Shown in pieces: positions 26,022 through 35,479 of a stretch of DNA of 35,709 nucleotides. The stretch lies in contig JANQHP010000171.1 in the NCBI GenBank assembly GCA_028282625.1, positions 1 through 35,709 of the forward strand. The letters are read 5' to 3'. Each line of letters begins with the position of its first letter. Position 1 is the stretch's first letter. This DNA is from Rickettsiales bacterium. GTDB lineage: Bacteria; Pseudomonadota; Alphaproteobacteria; Rickettsiales; UBA8987. The notes under the pieces are model-generated. The model searched no databases and had not been told where the DNA came from. It saw nothing but the letters and a program-made list of their open reading frames with translations. A program made the translations under genes and the position numbers.

Positions 26022-26037
26022 TGGCACGGCAATTGCA
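26022..26037 (+). promoter_or_regulatory. Sigma-54 (RpoN) -24/-12 promoter
   Basis: TGGCACG-GCAA-TTGCA matches the consensus TGGCACG-N4-TTGCW exactly. It is about 40 nt upstream of the response-regulator ATG, in an intergenic AT-rich region. Confidence 0.7.
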
Positions 26038-26076
26038 ACAATAGGGAGCGATCGTAACCTAAAATAGAAAAGAACC

Positions 26077-26979
26077 ATGCGTATTATCGAACAGAACACA
26101 GAAGCACGCTTACTTGAAACCGCGTATAAAATTCGGACCGAATCCAGCAGCTGGCGGTGCATCTATGCACAATTTTCTGCCCTTAAACGCGGAGCGCACG
26201 ATGACATCCGCAGCAAGGTTGCACTCAATGATGCCAAGGCGCTTCTTAAAGAGACACAAAACACAGCCTTTGTGTGCAGCGATTACGACATGTTCATCCT
26301 GACCCAAGGCGTGGGAAGCGATGTGCTTAAACAAGTCCAAAAAAGCTTTCAAACCCTCGTCGAAGCCGAAGGGGGAAACCCAGACTGCATCGCCTGCTAT
26401 GATCTAGGCCCGCACTGGAAAACATTCTTTAAAGTCGTGTGCGATAAAAACCAAACACCTCAAGCCAGGGAAGAAGATACAGCGCCTAAAAAAGCCGCAC
26501 CCGCGCAAACCACCGTAAAGGCGCCTTCAAACACCAGCCCCCTCACCCTTCCCCCTACCGGGGAAAACCTGGCGCTCGCTAAAGAAGCGCTAACACAGCG
26601 TACCCAGCGTGAAGGGCTGCAAATACTCGTGGTAGAAGACGATGCCTTTTCCAGGCGTATCGTGCGCAACGCGCTACGCAATGTCGGTGAAATATTGGAA
26701 GCAGCCGACCTGCAGCAAGCCACAGAACATTACCTGCTTCGTGCACCGGATATCGTTTTCCTAGATATCAACCTGCCCGATGGAGATGGCATTGCCTTTT
26801 TAGAACAAATCGTTGGCTGGGACTCCGAAGCATTCGTGGTCATGCTAAGCGGCAACAGCTTTAAAGAGCACATCATGCAATCGATGCAAAAAGGTGCCAA
26901 AGGATTCGTTGCCAAGCCCTTTTCTAAAGAAAAGCTGCTAGATTATATCCATATGCACAAGGAGAACGGCCGTGGATAA
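26077..26979 (+). CDS. Response regulator with unknown N-terminal domain and C-terminal receiver (REC) domain
   Basis: REC domain at residues ~183-300: [12 protein letters not shown], phospho-acceptor context [13 protein letters not shown], and VVMLSG...GFVAKPF. N-terminal ~130 aa are unrecognised, followed by a Pro/Ala/Thr-rich linker. No DNA-binding, AAA+ or GGDEF-type output domain. Confidence 0.85.
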   Translation: MRIIEQNTEARLLETAYKIRTESSSWRCIYAQFSALKRGAHDDIRSKVALNDAKALLKETQNTAFVCSDYDMFILTQGVGSDVLKQVQKSFQTLVEAEGGNPDCIACYDLGPHWKTFFKVVCDKNQTPQAREEDTAPKKAAPAQTTVKAPSNTSPLTLPPTGENLALAKEALTQRTQREGLQILVVEDDAFSRRIVRNALRNVGEILEAADLQQATEHYLLRAPDIVFLDINLPDGDGIAFLEQIVGWDSEAFVVMLSGNSFKEHIMQSMQKGAKGFVAKPFSKEKLLDYIHMHKENGRG

Positions 26980-29503
26980 ACCCTATACCCAAAATATAGC
27001 CATAGAATACAGCGCTTCACAGCTTTCTGCGGTTCTCAATAATATCATCGATGGCATTTTGACCATTGATGCCAACAGCATCGTGCGAAGCTTCAGTCCT
27101 GCGGCAGAAAGGATCTTCGGCTATGCCTCACACGATATGGTAGGCAAAGACGTGATGCAACTGGTCGCAGAAAAAGAGCAAGTGTTTCTCAGGCAATATC
27201 TGGACATTTATTTGCAAAGCGGCGAAGCGGGTGAAGAAGGCGATATCGGCTTGGTACACACCATGGATGCGTTGCATCAAGATGGCCGCACTTTCCCCGC
27301 AGAAATAGGGATGACAAAAGTCGCACTGGAAAACGGTGAAACCGTACTCACAATTATCGTAAGGGATATCACAGAACGTGTGGATGCGCGCGAAGCGCTC
27401 AAACAAAAAACCCGCACGGTCAAGCTGATGCAGGATATCGCTACATCCGCCAATGCAGCTACTTCCCTTGAGGAGGCCATTAGCCAGGGTTTAAAGCTGG
27501 TATGTGATTATACCGGATGGCAAGTGGGACATTGCTACATCATGGAAGAGGATGGCATGGCCCTTTCCAGCAGCGGCATCTTACACCGCGCAACCACGGA
27601 AGCAAACATGGAAAGCTTTATCCAGCATTCCCTCAAGATGCAGTTCCATGTCGGAGAAGGCATCATTGGTAGTGTGGCTAAAACCGGCAAACCTTTTTGG
27701 GTCCAAGACCTTACCCAAGAAAAAAACTTTTTACGCCATAAAGAAGCCAAGCAATGTGATTTACACGCGGCCTTCTTCTTTCCCATTGTGTTTAATGAAG
27801 ATGTCGTAGGCGTCATGGAATTCTTCTGCAACACTCAGCAGGAGGAAGATACGCAAATTTTGCAAGTGATGGAAAATGCCGGCACCCAGTTTGGGCGTGT
27901 GATTGACCGTATTCAGTCAGAAGAAGCGCTTCGAAAAGCCAAAGAACTGGCCGAAGAGGCCAATATCGCCAAAAGCGACTTTCTGGCCAATATGAGCCAT
28001 GAACTGCGCACACCCATGAATGGTGTGATTGGGCTTTCCAACCTGCTTTTGGATTCCACCTTGGATGATGAGCAGGAGAAATTCATTACCGCCATTCGTT
28101 CCTCCGGCGAACAGCTCCTCTCCATTTTAAACGATATCTTGGACCTTTCTAAGATCGAGGCTGGCATGGTGGAGGTAGAAAATGAGCCCTTTAGTATCCG
28201 CGCTGCGATCGATGAATTGGCAGACCTCTATTTGCCCATTGCCAAAGAAAAGAATGTGATGCTACACGCCGATTATTGTACCGATATTCCGCCTGTTTTG
28301 ATAGGAGATGTGCACAAGATCCAGCAGTTGCTCCGCAATTTAGTTAGTAACGCCCTTAAATTTACCAAAACAGGCAGTGTGACCATCAACACCTCCTACC
28401 ACATGCAAGCCAACCAGTTTACCTGTGAAGTACGCGACACCGGCATCGGCATCCCCGCAGACCGTCTGGAACAGATTTTTGATAAATTCACCCAGGCCGA
28501 TGAGTCCACCACACGCAATTATGGTGGCACAGGTCTTGGCCTGGCCATTTGCAGGGAGCTATCCCTGCTCATGGGAGGTGAAATTGAAGTGGAAAGCACC
28601 GAGGGCAAAGGCTCCACCTTCCGCTTTATCTTGCCGCTTGCCGTGGCCAAAGAAGGGGAAAAGCCTGTCAATGCCATCCACACAGAGGAGGATGAAGAAA
28701 AGGTAGAAATCAACACGCAAAGCCGTTTGCTTATTGTCGATGACCATCCCGTCAACCAGATGTTTGCACAAAAGCTGCTCCACAAGATGGGCTTTTCCAA
28801 TGTTTCCTTGGCAGAAAATGGAGAAGAGGCACTCCAGCAAGTAGCAGAAGAGACCTTCGACCTTATCTTTATGGACTGCCAGATGCCTTGCATGGATGGC
28901 TATGAAACCACCGGCTGGATCCGCGATCAGGAGCTGGAAACAGGCAAGCATGTCCCCATCATTGCCATGACGGCCAATGCCATGGTCGGTGATAGGGATA
29001 AATGCCTCAAAGCAGGCATGGATGACTATATCAGCAAGCCGATCAACATCAACAAGCTGCGCGCTAGCATGCACCGCTGGCTTGGCAACCAAACCAGCCT
29101 GGCAACGGCCGATACGGTGACAAACGCCAAAGAACAAGAAGCAAACCATGCTGATATGCCGGTAGATTTAGACCATCTGCACATGTTTAGCGATGGCGAT
29201 GCGGAGGAAGAATATGCCTTGCTTGAAATCTTTTTCTCCCAAGCCAAGCAAAATATCGAGCAACTGCACAGCTGCATTGAAGCAAGCGGTGAGAACTGGG
29301 AAAGCTTGGCGCATGCCCTAAAAGGCTCGGCTGCCAATCTGGGAGCCACCACCCTTTCTGACTATTGCTTAAAAGCCGAGCAATCCCCTGAGGCAAGTAA
29401 GAGCGAACAAGAGGAAATGCTCAAGCATATCACCGAAGAAATTGAGCGCGTGCATCTTTTCCTCAACGAAAAACTTGCCAAAGTGCCCGCTTATTCAAGC
29501 TAG
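26972..29503 (+). CDS. Soluble hybrid sensor histidine kinase (PAS-GAF-HisKA-HATPase-REC-HPt)
   Basis: GTG start with AAGGAGA 8 nt upstream; overlaps the regulator gene by 8 nt. H-box [12 protein letters not shown]-box [10 protein letters not shown]-boxes DTGIGI and [12 protein letters not shown]: [11 protein letters not shown]...[15 protein letters not shown]...DDYISKPI. HPt: [12 protein letters not shown]. No hydrophobic TM segment at the N-terminus. Confidence 0.93.
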   Translation: MDKPYTQNIAIEYSASQLSAVLNNIIDGILTIDANSIVRSFSPAAERIFGYASHDMVGKDVMQLVAEKEQVFLRQYLDIYLQSGEAGEEGDIGLVHTMDALHQDGRTFPAEIGMTKVALENGETVLTIIVRDITERVDAREALKQKTRTVKLMQDIATSANAATSLEEAISQGLKLVCDYTGWQVGHCYIMEEDGMALSSSGILHRATTEANMESFIQHSLKMQFHVGEGIIGSVAKTGKPFWVQDLTQEKNFLRHKEAKQCDLHAAFFFPIVFNEDVVGVMEFFCNTQQEEDTQILQVMENAGTQFGRVIDRIQSEEALRKAKELAEEANIAKSDFLANMSHELRTPMNGVIGLSNLLLDSTLDDEQEKFITAIRSSGEQLLSILNDILDLSKIEAGMVEVENEPFSIRAAIDELADLYLPIAKEKNVMLHADYCTDIPPVLIGDVHKIQQLLRNLVSNALKFTKTGSVTINTSYHMQANQFTCEVRDTGIGIPADRLEQIFDKFTQADESTTRNYGGTGLGLAICRELSLLMGGEIEVESTEGKGSTFRFILPLAVAKEGEKPVNAIHTEEDEEKVEINTQSRLLIVDDHPVNQMFAQKLLHKMGFSNVSLAENGEEALQQVAEETFDLIFMDCQMPCMDGYETTGWIRDQELETGKHVPIIAMTANAMVGDRDKCLKAGMDDYISKPININKLRASMHRWLGNQTSLATADTVTNAKEQEANHADMPVDLDHLHMFSDGDAEEEYALLEIFFSQAKQNIEQLHSCIEASGENWESLAHALKGSAANLGATTLSDYCLKAEQSPEASKSEQEEMLKHITEEIERVHLFLNEKLAKVPAYSS

Positions 29504-30430
29504 ACACTGTTCCACCTGCTGCCAAAATTGCGCGGCAGGGTCCGTCCCATATAAATCGGCAATCTCCTTAAACCCAATAGGTGAGGTTACGTTGACCTCG
29601 GTCACATAATCACCAATCACGTCAATACCACAAATATGCAGGTCTTTTTCCTGCAAGAAGGGGCTCAGAACTTGGCATATTTCATGCTCTTTTGGGGTGA
29701 TTTCACACGGCTGAAGGCTGCCACCGGCCATTAAATTGGCACGTACACTTCCTTCCTTTGGCACACGCAAAAATGCACCCGCAATCTCCCCTTGCAGCAG
29801 CAAAATACGCTTATCCCCCTGCACCACCTCAGGAATATAGCGCTGCACTACCACAGGCAACGCGGTGTTTAAAAGCATCTCATCCAGCGTGTCTTCTAAT
29901 GCCTCATCCTCATAGCGCAAACGCTCAATGCCCTGGCCACCAAACAGGTAGAGCGGCTTGAAAATCACATCTTGATGCTCCTTGATAAAACGCTGCACCA
30001 GCGCTTTTTCACGCGTGACCAATGTAGGCGGTGTATAAGGCTTTAACAGGTCGGGCAAAAATTTCTCCGGCGCATCCCGCACCGCCCTGGGTGGATTGAT
30101 CACCCGCACCGCATCCGACACATATTCCAACATATACGTACTGGTGACATACGCCATGTCAAAAGGCGGATCCTGACGCGCCATAATCACATCCATATCA
30201 TCTAGTGCCCTATAGCTTTTCTCTGATTCCTTAAAAAAGGGGGATTGTTGCATATCAAGCGTCACCTCAGAAACAAAAGCCATCACTTGCCCATCGCGTA
30301 GAGAAAGGCTCTCCGGTGTATAGTGAAACACTACGTGCCCGCGCTCTTGTGCGGCGATCATCAAGGTGAGGCTATTATTCTTTTGAGGATTGACATCCTC
30401 CATGGGCTCCATCTGGAAAGCAATACGCAA
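29495..30430 (-). CDS. gshB: Glutathione synthetase (ATP-grasp)
   Basis: N-terminus [32 protein letters not shown], and C-terminal ATP-grasp [17 protein letters not shown]. 311 aa. 9-nt convergent overlap with the kinase gene. Confidence 0.93.
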   Translation of the reverse strand: MRIAFQMEPMEDVNPQKNNSLTLMIAAQERGHVVFHYTPESLSLRDGQVMAFVSEVTLDMQQSPFFKESEKSYRALDDMDVIMARQDPPFDMAYVTSTYMLEYVSDAVRVINPPRAVRDAPEKFLPDLLKPYTPPTLVTREKALVQRFIKEHQDVIFKPLYLFGGQGIERLRYEDEALEDTLDEMLLNTALPVVVQRYIPEVVQGDKRILLLQGEIAGAFLRVPKEGSVRANLMAGGSLQPCEITPKEHEICQVLSPFLQEKDLHICGIDVIGDYVTEVNVTSPIGFKEIADLYGTDPAAQFWQQVEQCLA

Positions 30431-30474
30431 CGTATAAGACTCTTTAGTTGATCTTAAGCGCCGTGATGCAAAAA

Positions 30475-31068
30475 TTAATGGCGCTCAGGTGCATCGCGAA
30501 GCCGCATATGGCTCACCACTTTTTTGACACCCTTCACCTTGCTTGCAATCTCTAGCGCCGTGCTGAGCTCTTGCTGGCTTTTGGCCACGCCAATCAGGTA
30601 AACCGTGCCAGCGGCCACCTCCACGTTATAATTAATGGAGGAAACGCCTTTACCAAAAAGCAGCTTGGTTTTGACCTGGGCAGAAATCCACGCATCTTGC
30701 GCCAATTCTTGGGGTGTAATATCCCTATCGGAGACCTCAATCTCATTGATCACCTCAATCACCCCACGTGGCTGCCATGCGAGGCGAACCGCTTCCACCC
30801 GATGCGATTTTTCGCGCACCTTGCCTGTAAGCAACACACGCCCTTCATTCACCTCAATCCCCACACGATTAAACAAATTATTCACATGTTCCTGGATAAA
30901 ATAGGAATTAATCTGCGAATAAATGGTGGTATCATCCACAGCATTGCCAAGCGAACGCTCTTGCGCCGCGGCGTAACCCACCGCACCGGCACCGCCTGCC
31001 ACCACTGCCACACAGCCCTGCAACATCGGCAGCAAAAACAACATCAAAATCAAAGCAACGCCACGCAT
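30475..31068 (-). CDS. Dual-BON-domain lipoprotein (DolP/YraP-like)
   Basis: Lipobox PMLQG|C and two BON-type repeats (e.g. VEVNEGRVLLTGKV and VEVAAGTVYLIGVAKS). Positioned next to yraN and rsmI, as yraP is in E. coli. Confidence 0.85.
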   Translation of the reverse strand: MRGVALILMLFLLPMLQGCVAVVAGGAGAVGYAAAQERSLGNAVDDTTIYSQINSYFIQEHVNNLFNRVGIEVNEGRVLLTGKVREKSHRVEAVRLAWQPRGVIEVINEIEVSDRDITPQELAQDAWISAQVKTKLLFGKGVSSINYNVEVAAGTVYLIGVAKSQQELSTALEIASKVKGVKKVVSHMRLRDAPERH

Positions 31069-31117
31069 ATCCTTATCCTTTTTTCCTTTTACTCCTCATG
31101 CAAAACCAGGCCCTTCA

Positions 31118-31486
31118 TTACGCCGCATCAAAGGCATGTTTTGTGTGATACACACGGCCAAATGGGGCACACCATATCAAATCAAACCGCGGCTGAAGCC
31201 TAGCATACTCCGGATGCTTTGCAATAAAGAATGCAAAAGCGCGCGTAATCCTTTGTTGCTGTTTTTTTGTGAGCACCTCTCCTCCAAGTAGCGTTTTGTG
31301 CGCCTTGACTTCCACCGCCACCAAATACTGCCTGTTGCGCACAATCATATCAATTTCACCGACTGCCACCTTGTAGCGTCGCTGGACCAGCCGATATCCT
31401 CTTAGCCACAAATACGCGCAAGCCCAATATTCCGCCAAAATCCCACGACGATACGCACGTTTGCGTTTGGCCCGATTTGGATGCAT
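31118..31486 (-). CDS. yraN: YraN family (UPF0102) endonuclease-like protein
   Basis: Start set at ATG 31486, giving 122 aa, the typical family size. GILAEYWACAYLWLRGYRLVQRRYKVAVGEIDMIV...LVAVEVK matches the YraN core. The tracked start at 31582 runs into rsmI and was rejected. Confidence 0.85.
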   Translation of the reverse strand: MHPNRAKRKRAYRRGILAEYWACAYLWLRGYRLVQRRYKVAVGEIDMIVRNRQYLVAVEVKAHKTLLGGEVLTKKQQQRITRAFAFFIAKHPEYARLQPRFDLIWCAPFGRVYHTKHAFDAA

Positions 31487-31499
31487 GCGCGTCCTACCC

Positions 31500-32378
31500 C
31501 TACCGATCTTTGATCTCAAGTGCACGCGCATAGACCTGCTTTTTCGACCAGCCGCACTGCGTTGCGACCAAGCTTGCCGCATCCTTGACCTTCAAATACT
31601 CCAACGCTTCTTCAATCGCTTTGTCCACCATCTCCTGCGACCATTGCTCATGTATAACAGCCCCTTCCACCATAAGTATCACCTCACCCTTCACCCCCTT
31701 ATCCTGGTAATGGGCGACCACCTCCTCTACCGGTGCACACATCACTTCCTCGTGCCGCTTGGTCAGCTCCCTTGCCACCGAAACCCTTCGGTTTCCAAGC
31801 ACCGCATGAATCGCTTCAAGGCTCGCAACCAAGCGCCCGGCCCGCTCCATCCACACCAAAGTGGCTTCTAGCGCCGCCACCTTAAGCAACAAGGCCTCGC
31901 GCGCTTTTTGCTTCACCGGCATAAAGCCCATAAACAAGCATTGGTCGGTCGGCAACCCGCTTAATGTCCACCCGGCAATCACAGAACAGGCACCCGGCAC
32001 CACCGAAACATCAAAGCCCAACTCACGCACATATTGCACCAGCTTATAGCCAGGGTCATTCACAAGAGGTGACCCCGCATCGCTCACAAGCGCACCCGAC
32101 TTCCCCAAGCCAAGCTGCATTACAAGATGCTCCCTGGCTCTTTGATCGCTATGATCATGATAGACCTGCATCTTGGTCGTAATACCATAATGCTTGAGCA
32201 ACTTGCTTGTCACACGGGTATCTTCGCAGTAAATGAGGTCCACCGTACGCAGCACATCCAACGCACGCAGGGTGATATCGGCCAAATGCCCTATCGGTGT
32301 TGCCACCAGATAAAGACCGGGCGCAAGCCCCAAACCCATACCCTCTTCTTGGCTTTTATTGGCAGGCGGTGTATGCAT
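31500..32378 (-). CDS. rsmI: 16S rRNA (cytidine1402-2'-O)-methyltransferase
   Basis: Tetrapyrrole-methylase-fold RsmI: LYLVATPIGHLADITLRALDVLRTVDLIYCEDTR, SDAGSPLVNDPG, and C-terminal ELTKRHEE. Confidence 0.93.
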   Translation of the reverse strand: MHTPPANKSQEEGMGLGLAPGLYLVATPIGHLADITLRALDVLRTVDLIYCEDTRVTSKLLKHYGITTKMQVYHDHSDQRAREHLVMQLGLGKSGALVSDAGSPLVNDPGYKLVQYVRELGFDVSVVPGACSVIAGWTLSGLPTDQCLFMGFMPVKQKAREALLLKVAALEATLVWMERAGRLVASLEAIHAVLGNRRVSVARELTKRHEEVMCAPVEEVVAHYQDKGVKGEVILMVEGAVIHEQWSQEMVDKAIEEALEYLKVKDAASLVATQCGWSKKQVYARALEIKDR

Positions 32379-32408
32379 AAGAATACCAAAAACAATGCCC
32401 TCTCTTGT

Positions 32409-33692
32409 ATGCTTCTACCATACCGCACCAATTGCTTGCTATGCCTTTTTTTGCTGCTCGTGCTTGTGGCTAAACCCGCCCTTGCCGAGGAATCAGACCT
32501 GCCCGAAGCACCCCTCACAGAAGAAACACTGCCTACAAACGAGCCAAACCCCATCATCGGGGAAAGCCTGCCCGTGATGCGCCTCCACCCTCCTACTACT
32601 CCTCTTGTATGCCACACCACCGAGCAGACGCCCCGTATTGCAGCACTCTTGCCACTGTCCGGTGCCTGGCAAGCCATCGGCAATATACTGCTTCAGAGCA
32701 TGCTGCTTGCCTATGAGAACACGGCTACCACACCCACCATTTCGCTGAATTTCTACGATACAAAAAGCAGTGAAGAAGGAGCCAGGAGCGCGTTTCTTCA
32801 TGCCACATCTGAAGGCGCGTCGCTAGTGATTGGGCCCGTTTTTGCAGACCACACCCAGGCCATTTCCGCCATGGCCGAACACACCAAGACCATGACTTTT
32901 TCCTTGTCCAATATTTCTTCTAATACAACGGATAATCCTTATATCTTCAACTTTGGCATTAGACCTGAACATGCGCTTGAAACCTTAGCAAGCGCGGCTA
33001 TTTTTCACGGCAAAACACATTTTTTGGCGGCCCTACCGGATACACCTGAGGGGCTTCGTTACCACACCACGCTAAGTGCCATCTTAAAGGCAAAGCAGCA
33101 CCGCTTGGCACACACCATTTGGTACGGCGTCGACCATTACAATATGTCCGAAACACTCGCAGCATTTGATGCCATCTTAGAGCAGAACCAAAACGACCCC
33201 TCTTTTCCGGCGCACGCCGCACTTTTTGTACCCTCCGCCAGCACGCAAACCCTTTCTCTCTTAAAGCAACTGGAAAGTCACCATAAGCTCAAAGGGATGC
33301 AAATCCTTGGCAGCGGCGAGTGGGATACTATGTATACCAAACAAGATCCATGGTTTACCAACCTATGGTTTGCTTCAACCGACCCTGCCTTGCAGCAGCA
33401 CTTTCACACCCTGTTTCTAGAACGATATGGCGTGGCTCCCCTACGCATTGCAAGCATTGCTTACGATGCTACTGCCATGGCGGTAGCGCTGCTGACACAG
33501 CAAGAAGCATTGCTGCCATCTTCCTTATACCATAAGCGCTTTGAAGGATTTAACGGGGTTTTTGCATTTCAAGATAACGGTCAGGCGGCATACCATCTGA
33601 CCACCCTCAAAATGACAGGGAAGACGCCCCAAAAAGTTACAACAAAATCCTCCCAAGCACCTGATGTAACACCAATCGGCCCCTTGCCGTAA
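32409..33692 (+). CDS. LpoA/LppC-like penicillin-binding-protein activator (type-1 periplasmic binding fold)
   Basis: Signal peptide ending ALA|EE, and RIAALLPLSGAWQAIGNILLQSMLLAY typical of LppC/LpoA-family proteins. Divergent from rsmI, as yraM is in E. coli. Start at 32409 is preferred; 32373 is possible. The tracked start at 32127 lies inside rsmI antisense and was rejected. Confidence 0.7.
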   Translation: MLLPYRTNCLLCLFLLLVLVAKPALAEESDLPEAPLTEETLPTNEPNPIIGESLPVMRLHPPTTPLVCHTTEQTPRIAALLPLSGAWQAIGNILLQSMLLAYENTATTPTISLNFYDTKSSEEGARSAFLHATSEGASLVIGPVFADHTQAISAMAEHTKTMTFSLSNISSNTTDNPYIFNFGIRPEHALETLASAAIFHGKTHFLAALPDTPEGLRYHTTLSAILKAKQHRLAHTIWYGVDHYNMSETLAAFDAILEQNQNDPSFPAHAALFVPSASTQTLSLLKQLESHHKLKGMQILGSGEWDTMYTKQDPWFTNLWFASTDPALQQHFHTLFLERYGVAPLRIASIAYDATAMAVALLTQQEALLPSSLYHKRFEGFNGVFAFQDNGQAAYHLTTLKMTGKTPQKVTTKSSQAPDVTPIGPLP

Positions 33693-34857
33693 CCCATAAC
33701 CGCCCATCCTCATAGACAACTATCCCCTCTTTTTGCAGCAACGCAACCTGTTGCAAATCGACCACCTCCTCCATGGCCAAACCGGTTTGCTGCAACAAGC
33801 CTTCCGCACACACGCCCTCTTTTAAGCGCAACCCCATCATCCAATACTCATGCGCCATTGTCTTGGCATCCAAACGCTCTGCCTGCTGCAAACCGTGGCC
33901 TGTTTCCTCCACCTGATTGTACCACGCTGTTGGGTTGTGCAGCATCATCGTACTTTCGCGACAAGGCTTCCCTTCTGCCGTCAATGTCGGCATCCTGCCA
34001 TGCGCACCTGGGCCAATACCCAGATAAGGCTGATAGCGCCAATAGGCCAGATTATGCTCTGAATCCTGCCCTGCTTTGGCATAATTGGAGACCTCATACG
34101 CCACAAACCCTGCATCTTTAGTCAAGGCATCGGTCAACTCATACAAAGCAGCCGCCCTTTCACCGCTTGGCATCGGAATATCCCCCTTACGCCAATCGCT
34201 ATAAAACGGCGTCCCCTTCTCAATTGTCAGCTGATAAAGCGAAAGATGCTCCGTACCGATCGCCATCGCCTGCTGCAGCTCCTCTTCCCACTGCTGCTCC
34301 GTTTGCCCAGGCAGCGCATAGATCATATCCAGGCTCACACGTGGAAATATCTCTGCAGCCATGGCCACCGCCGCCTTTGCCTCATCCACACCATGCTCAC
34401 GGCCTAAAAACCGCAAATCTTCTGTGTTTAGCGCCTGCACACCCACCGAAGCGCGATTGACCCCAGCCAAGCGAAAAGCCTCAAACCGCTCCGCCTCACT
34501 GGAGGTAGGGTTGGCTTCCAGGGTCACTTCCGTACCTTCTGAAAACATGGCATGCTCTGCTAATACGCAAAGGATTTCCTCCACCAACGAAGGTGGCATC
34601 AATGATGGCGTTCCACCACCAAAAAACACACTCTGCACACGCAGCTTCTTCCCCGCACCCTCTTCTGCCCTTTGCAGCATGGTCCGCAATTCCTTAAGAT
34701 AAGCAGGCTGCCAATCGATCGCCTTTTCTTTACCCGAAGCCACATGGCTATTAAAGTCGCAATAAGGGCATTTGGCTTTGCAAAACGGCCAGTGCACATA
34801 AACAGCCACCGGCTGTTCTGGCTGCTCTACTGTGGCCAACGCCTTGTTACGGGGCAC
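33637..34857 (-). CDS. hemW: Radical SAM heme chaperone HemW (HemN-like, oxygen-independent coproporphyrinogen oxidase family)
   Basis: CxxxCxxC radical-SAM cluster motif in [18 protein letters not shown], plus FFGGGTPSL. 406 aa. Follows rdgB as in many Proteobacteria. Confidence 0.9.
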   Translation of the reverse strand: MPRNKALATVEQPEQPVAVYVHWPFCKAKCPYCDFNSHVASGKEKAIDWQPAYLKELRTMLQRAEEGAGKKLRVQSVFFGGGTPSLMPPSLVEEILCVLAEHAMFSEGTEVTLEANPTSSEAERFEAFRLAGVNRASVGVQALNTEDLRFLGREHGVDEAKAAVAMAAEIFPRVSLDMIYALPGQTEQQWEEELQQAMAIGTEHLSLYQLTIEKGTPFYSDWRKGDIPMPSGERAAALYELTDALTKDAGFVAYEVSNYAKAGQDSEHNLAYWRYQPYLGIGPGAHGRMPTLTAEGKPCRESTMMLHNPTAWYNQVEETGHGLQQAERLDAKTMAHEYWMMGLRLKEGVCAEGLLQQTGLAMEEVVDLQQVALLQKEGIVVYEDGRLWVTARGRLVLHQVLGRILL

Positions 34858-35479
34858 GGTGTTGCAAACTTTGCATCATCGCATCAAAGGCACGTGCACG
34901 GTGGCTCATCGCATGTTTGGCCTCAGGCTCCATTTCCCCAAAAGTCTGCTCATAGCCCTGCGGGATAAAAATCGGGTCATACCCAAAACCCTTCGTGCCG
35001 CGTGGTGGAAAAGTCAGCGCACCTTCCACTTTCCCTTCCCAATGCTGCACCGTGCCACCCGGCAAGGCTAGCGCCAATGCGCAAATAAAGGCGGCTTCCT
35101 GGCCCTCTGCCTGCCCGGTGCGCTCACACAAGGCCTGCTCCACACGCCCCATCGCATACATAAAATCACGACCAGAACCATCCAGTCCAGGCGAGGCCCA
35201 ACGCGCGGAATAAATCCCCGGCGCGCCATCCAATGCCGCTACCGCCAGACCCGAATCATCCGCCAGCGCTGGCTTACCGCATGCCTGGCACGCCGCCATC
35301 GCTTTTAATTCCGCATTGGCAACAAACGTCGTGCCTGTTTCTTCTGGCTCTTCCAGTTGAAGTGCTGCCGCACCTTCCACCTTGATCCCAAGTGGCCGAA
35401 GCAAATCTTCAATTTCCTTCACCTTGCCTGCATTGTGGCTTGCAATCACAAGCTCGGTTGGCAAATTTTGAGGCATCAC
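34847..35479 (-). CDS. rdgB: Non-canonical purine NTP pyrophosphatase (RdgB/HAM1)
   Basis: [42 protein letters not shown] and SHRARAF motifs. The start is GTG 35479 or ATG 35476; the latter forms a TGATG overlap with the upstream stop. Confidence 0.93.
   Translation of the reverse strand: MMPQNLPTELVIASHNAGKVKEIEDLLRPLGIKVEGAAALQLEEPEETGTTFVANAELKAMAACQACGKPALADDSGLAVAALDGAPGIYSARWASPGLDGSGRDFMYAMGRVEQALCERTGQAEGQEAAFICALALALPGGTVQHWEGKVEGALTFPPRGTKGFGYDPIFIPQGYEQTFGEMEPEAKHAMSHRARAFDAMMQSLQHRAP

Noticed and set aside
33637-33692. 56-nt convergent overlap between the LpoA-like gene and hemW (and a 9-nt overlap of the kinase gene with gshB at 29495-29503) as a sign of antisense regulation or a mis-called stop
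   Set aside because: Both reading frames end in plausible C-termini, and convergent overlaps of this size occur in compact genomes. Nothing in the sequence indicates a special function.
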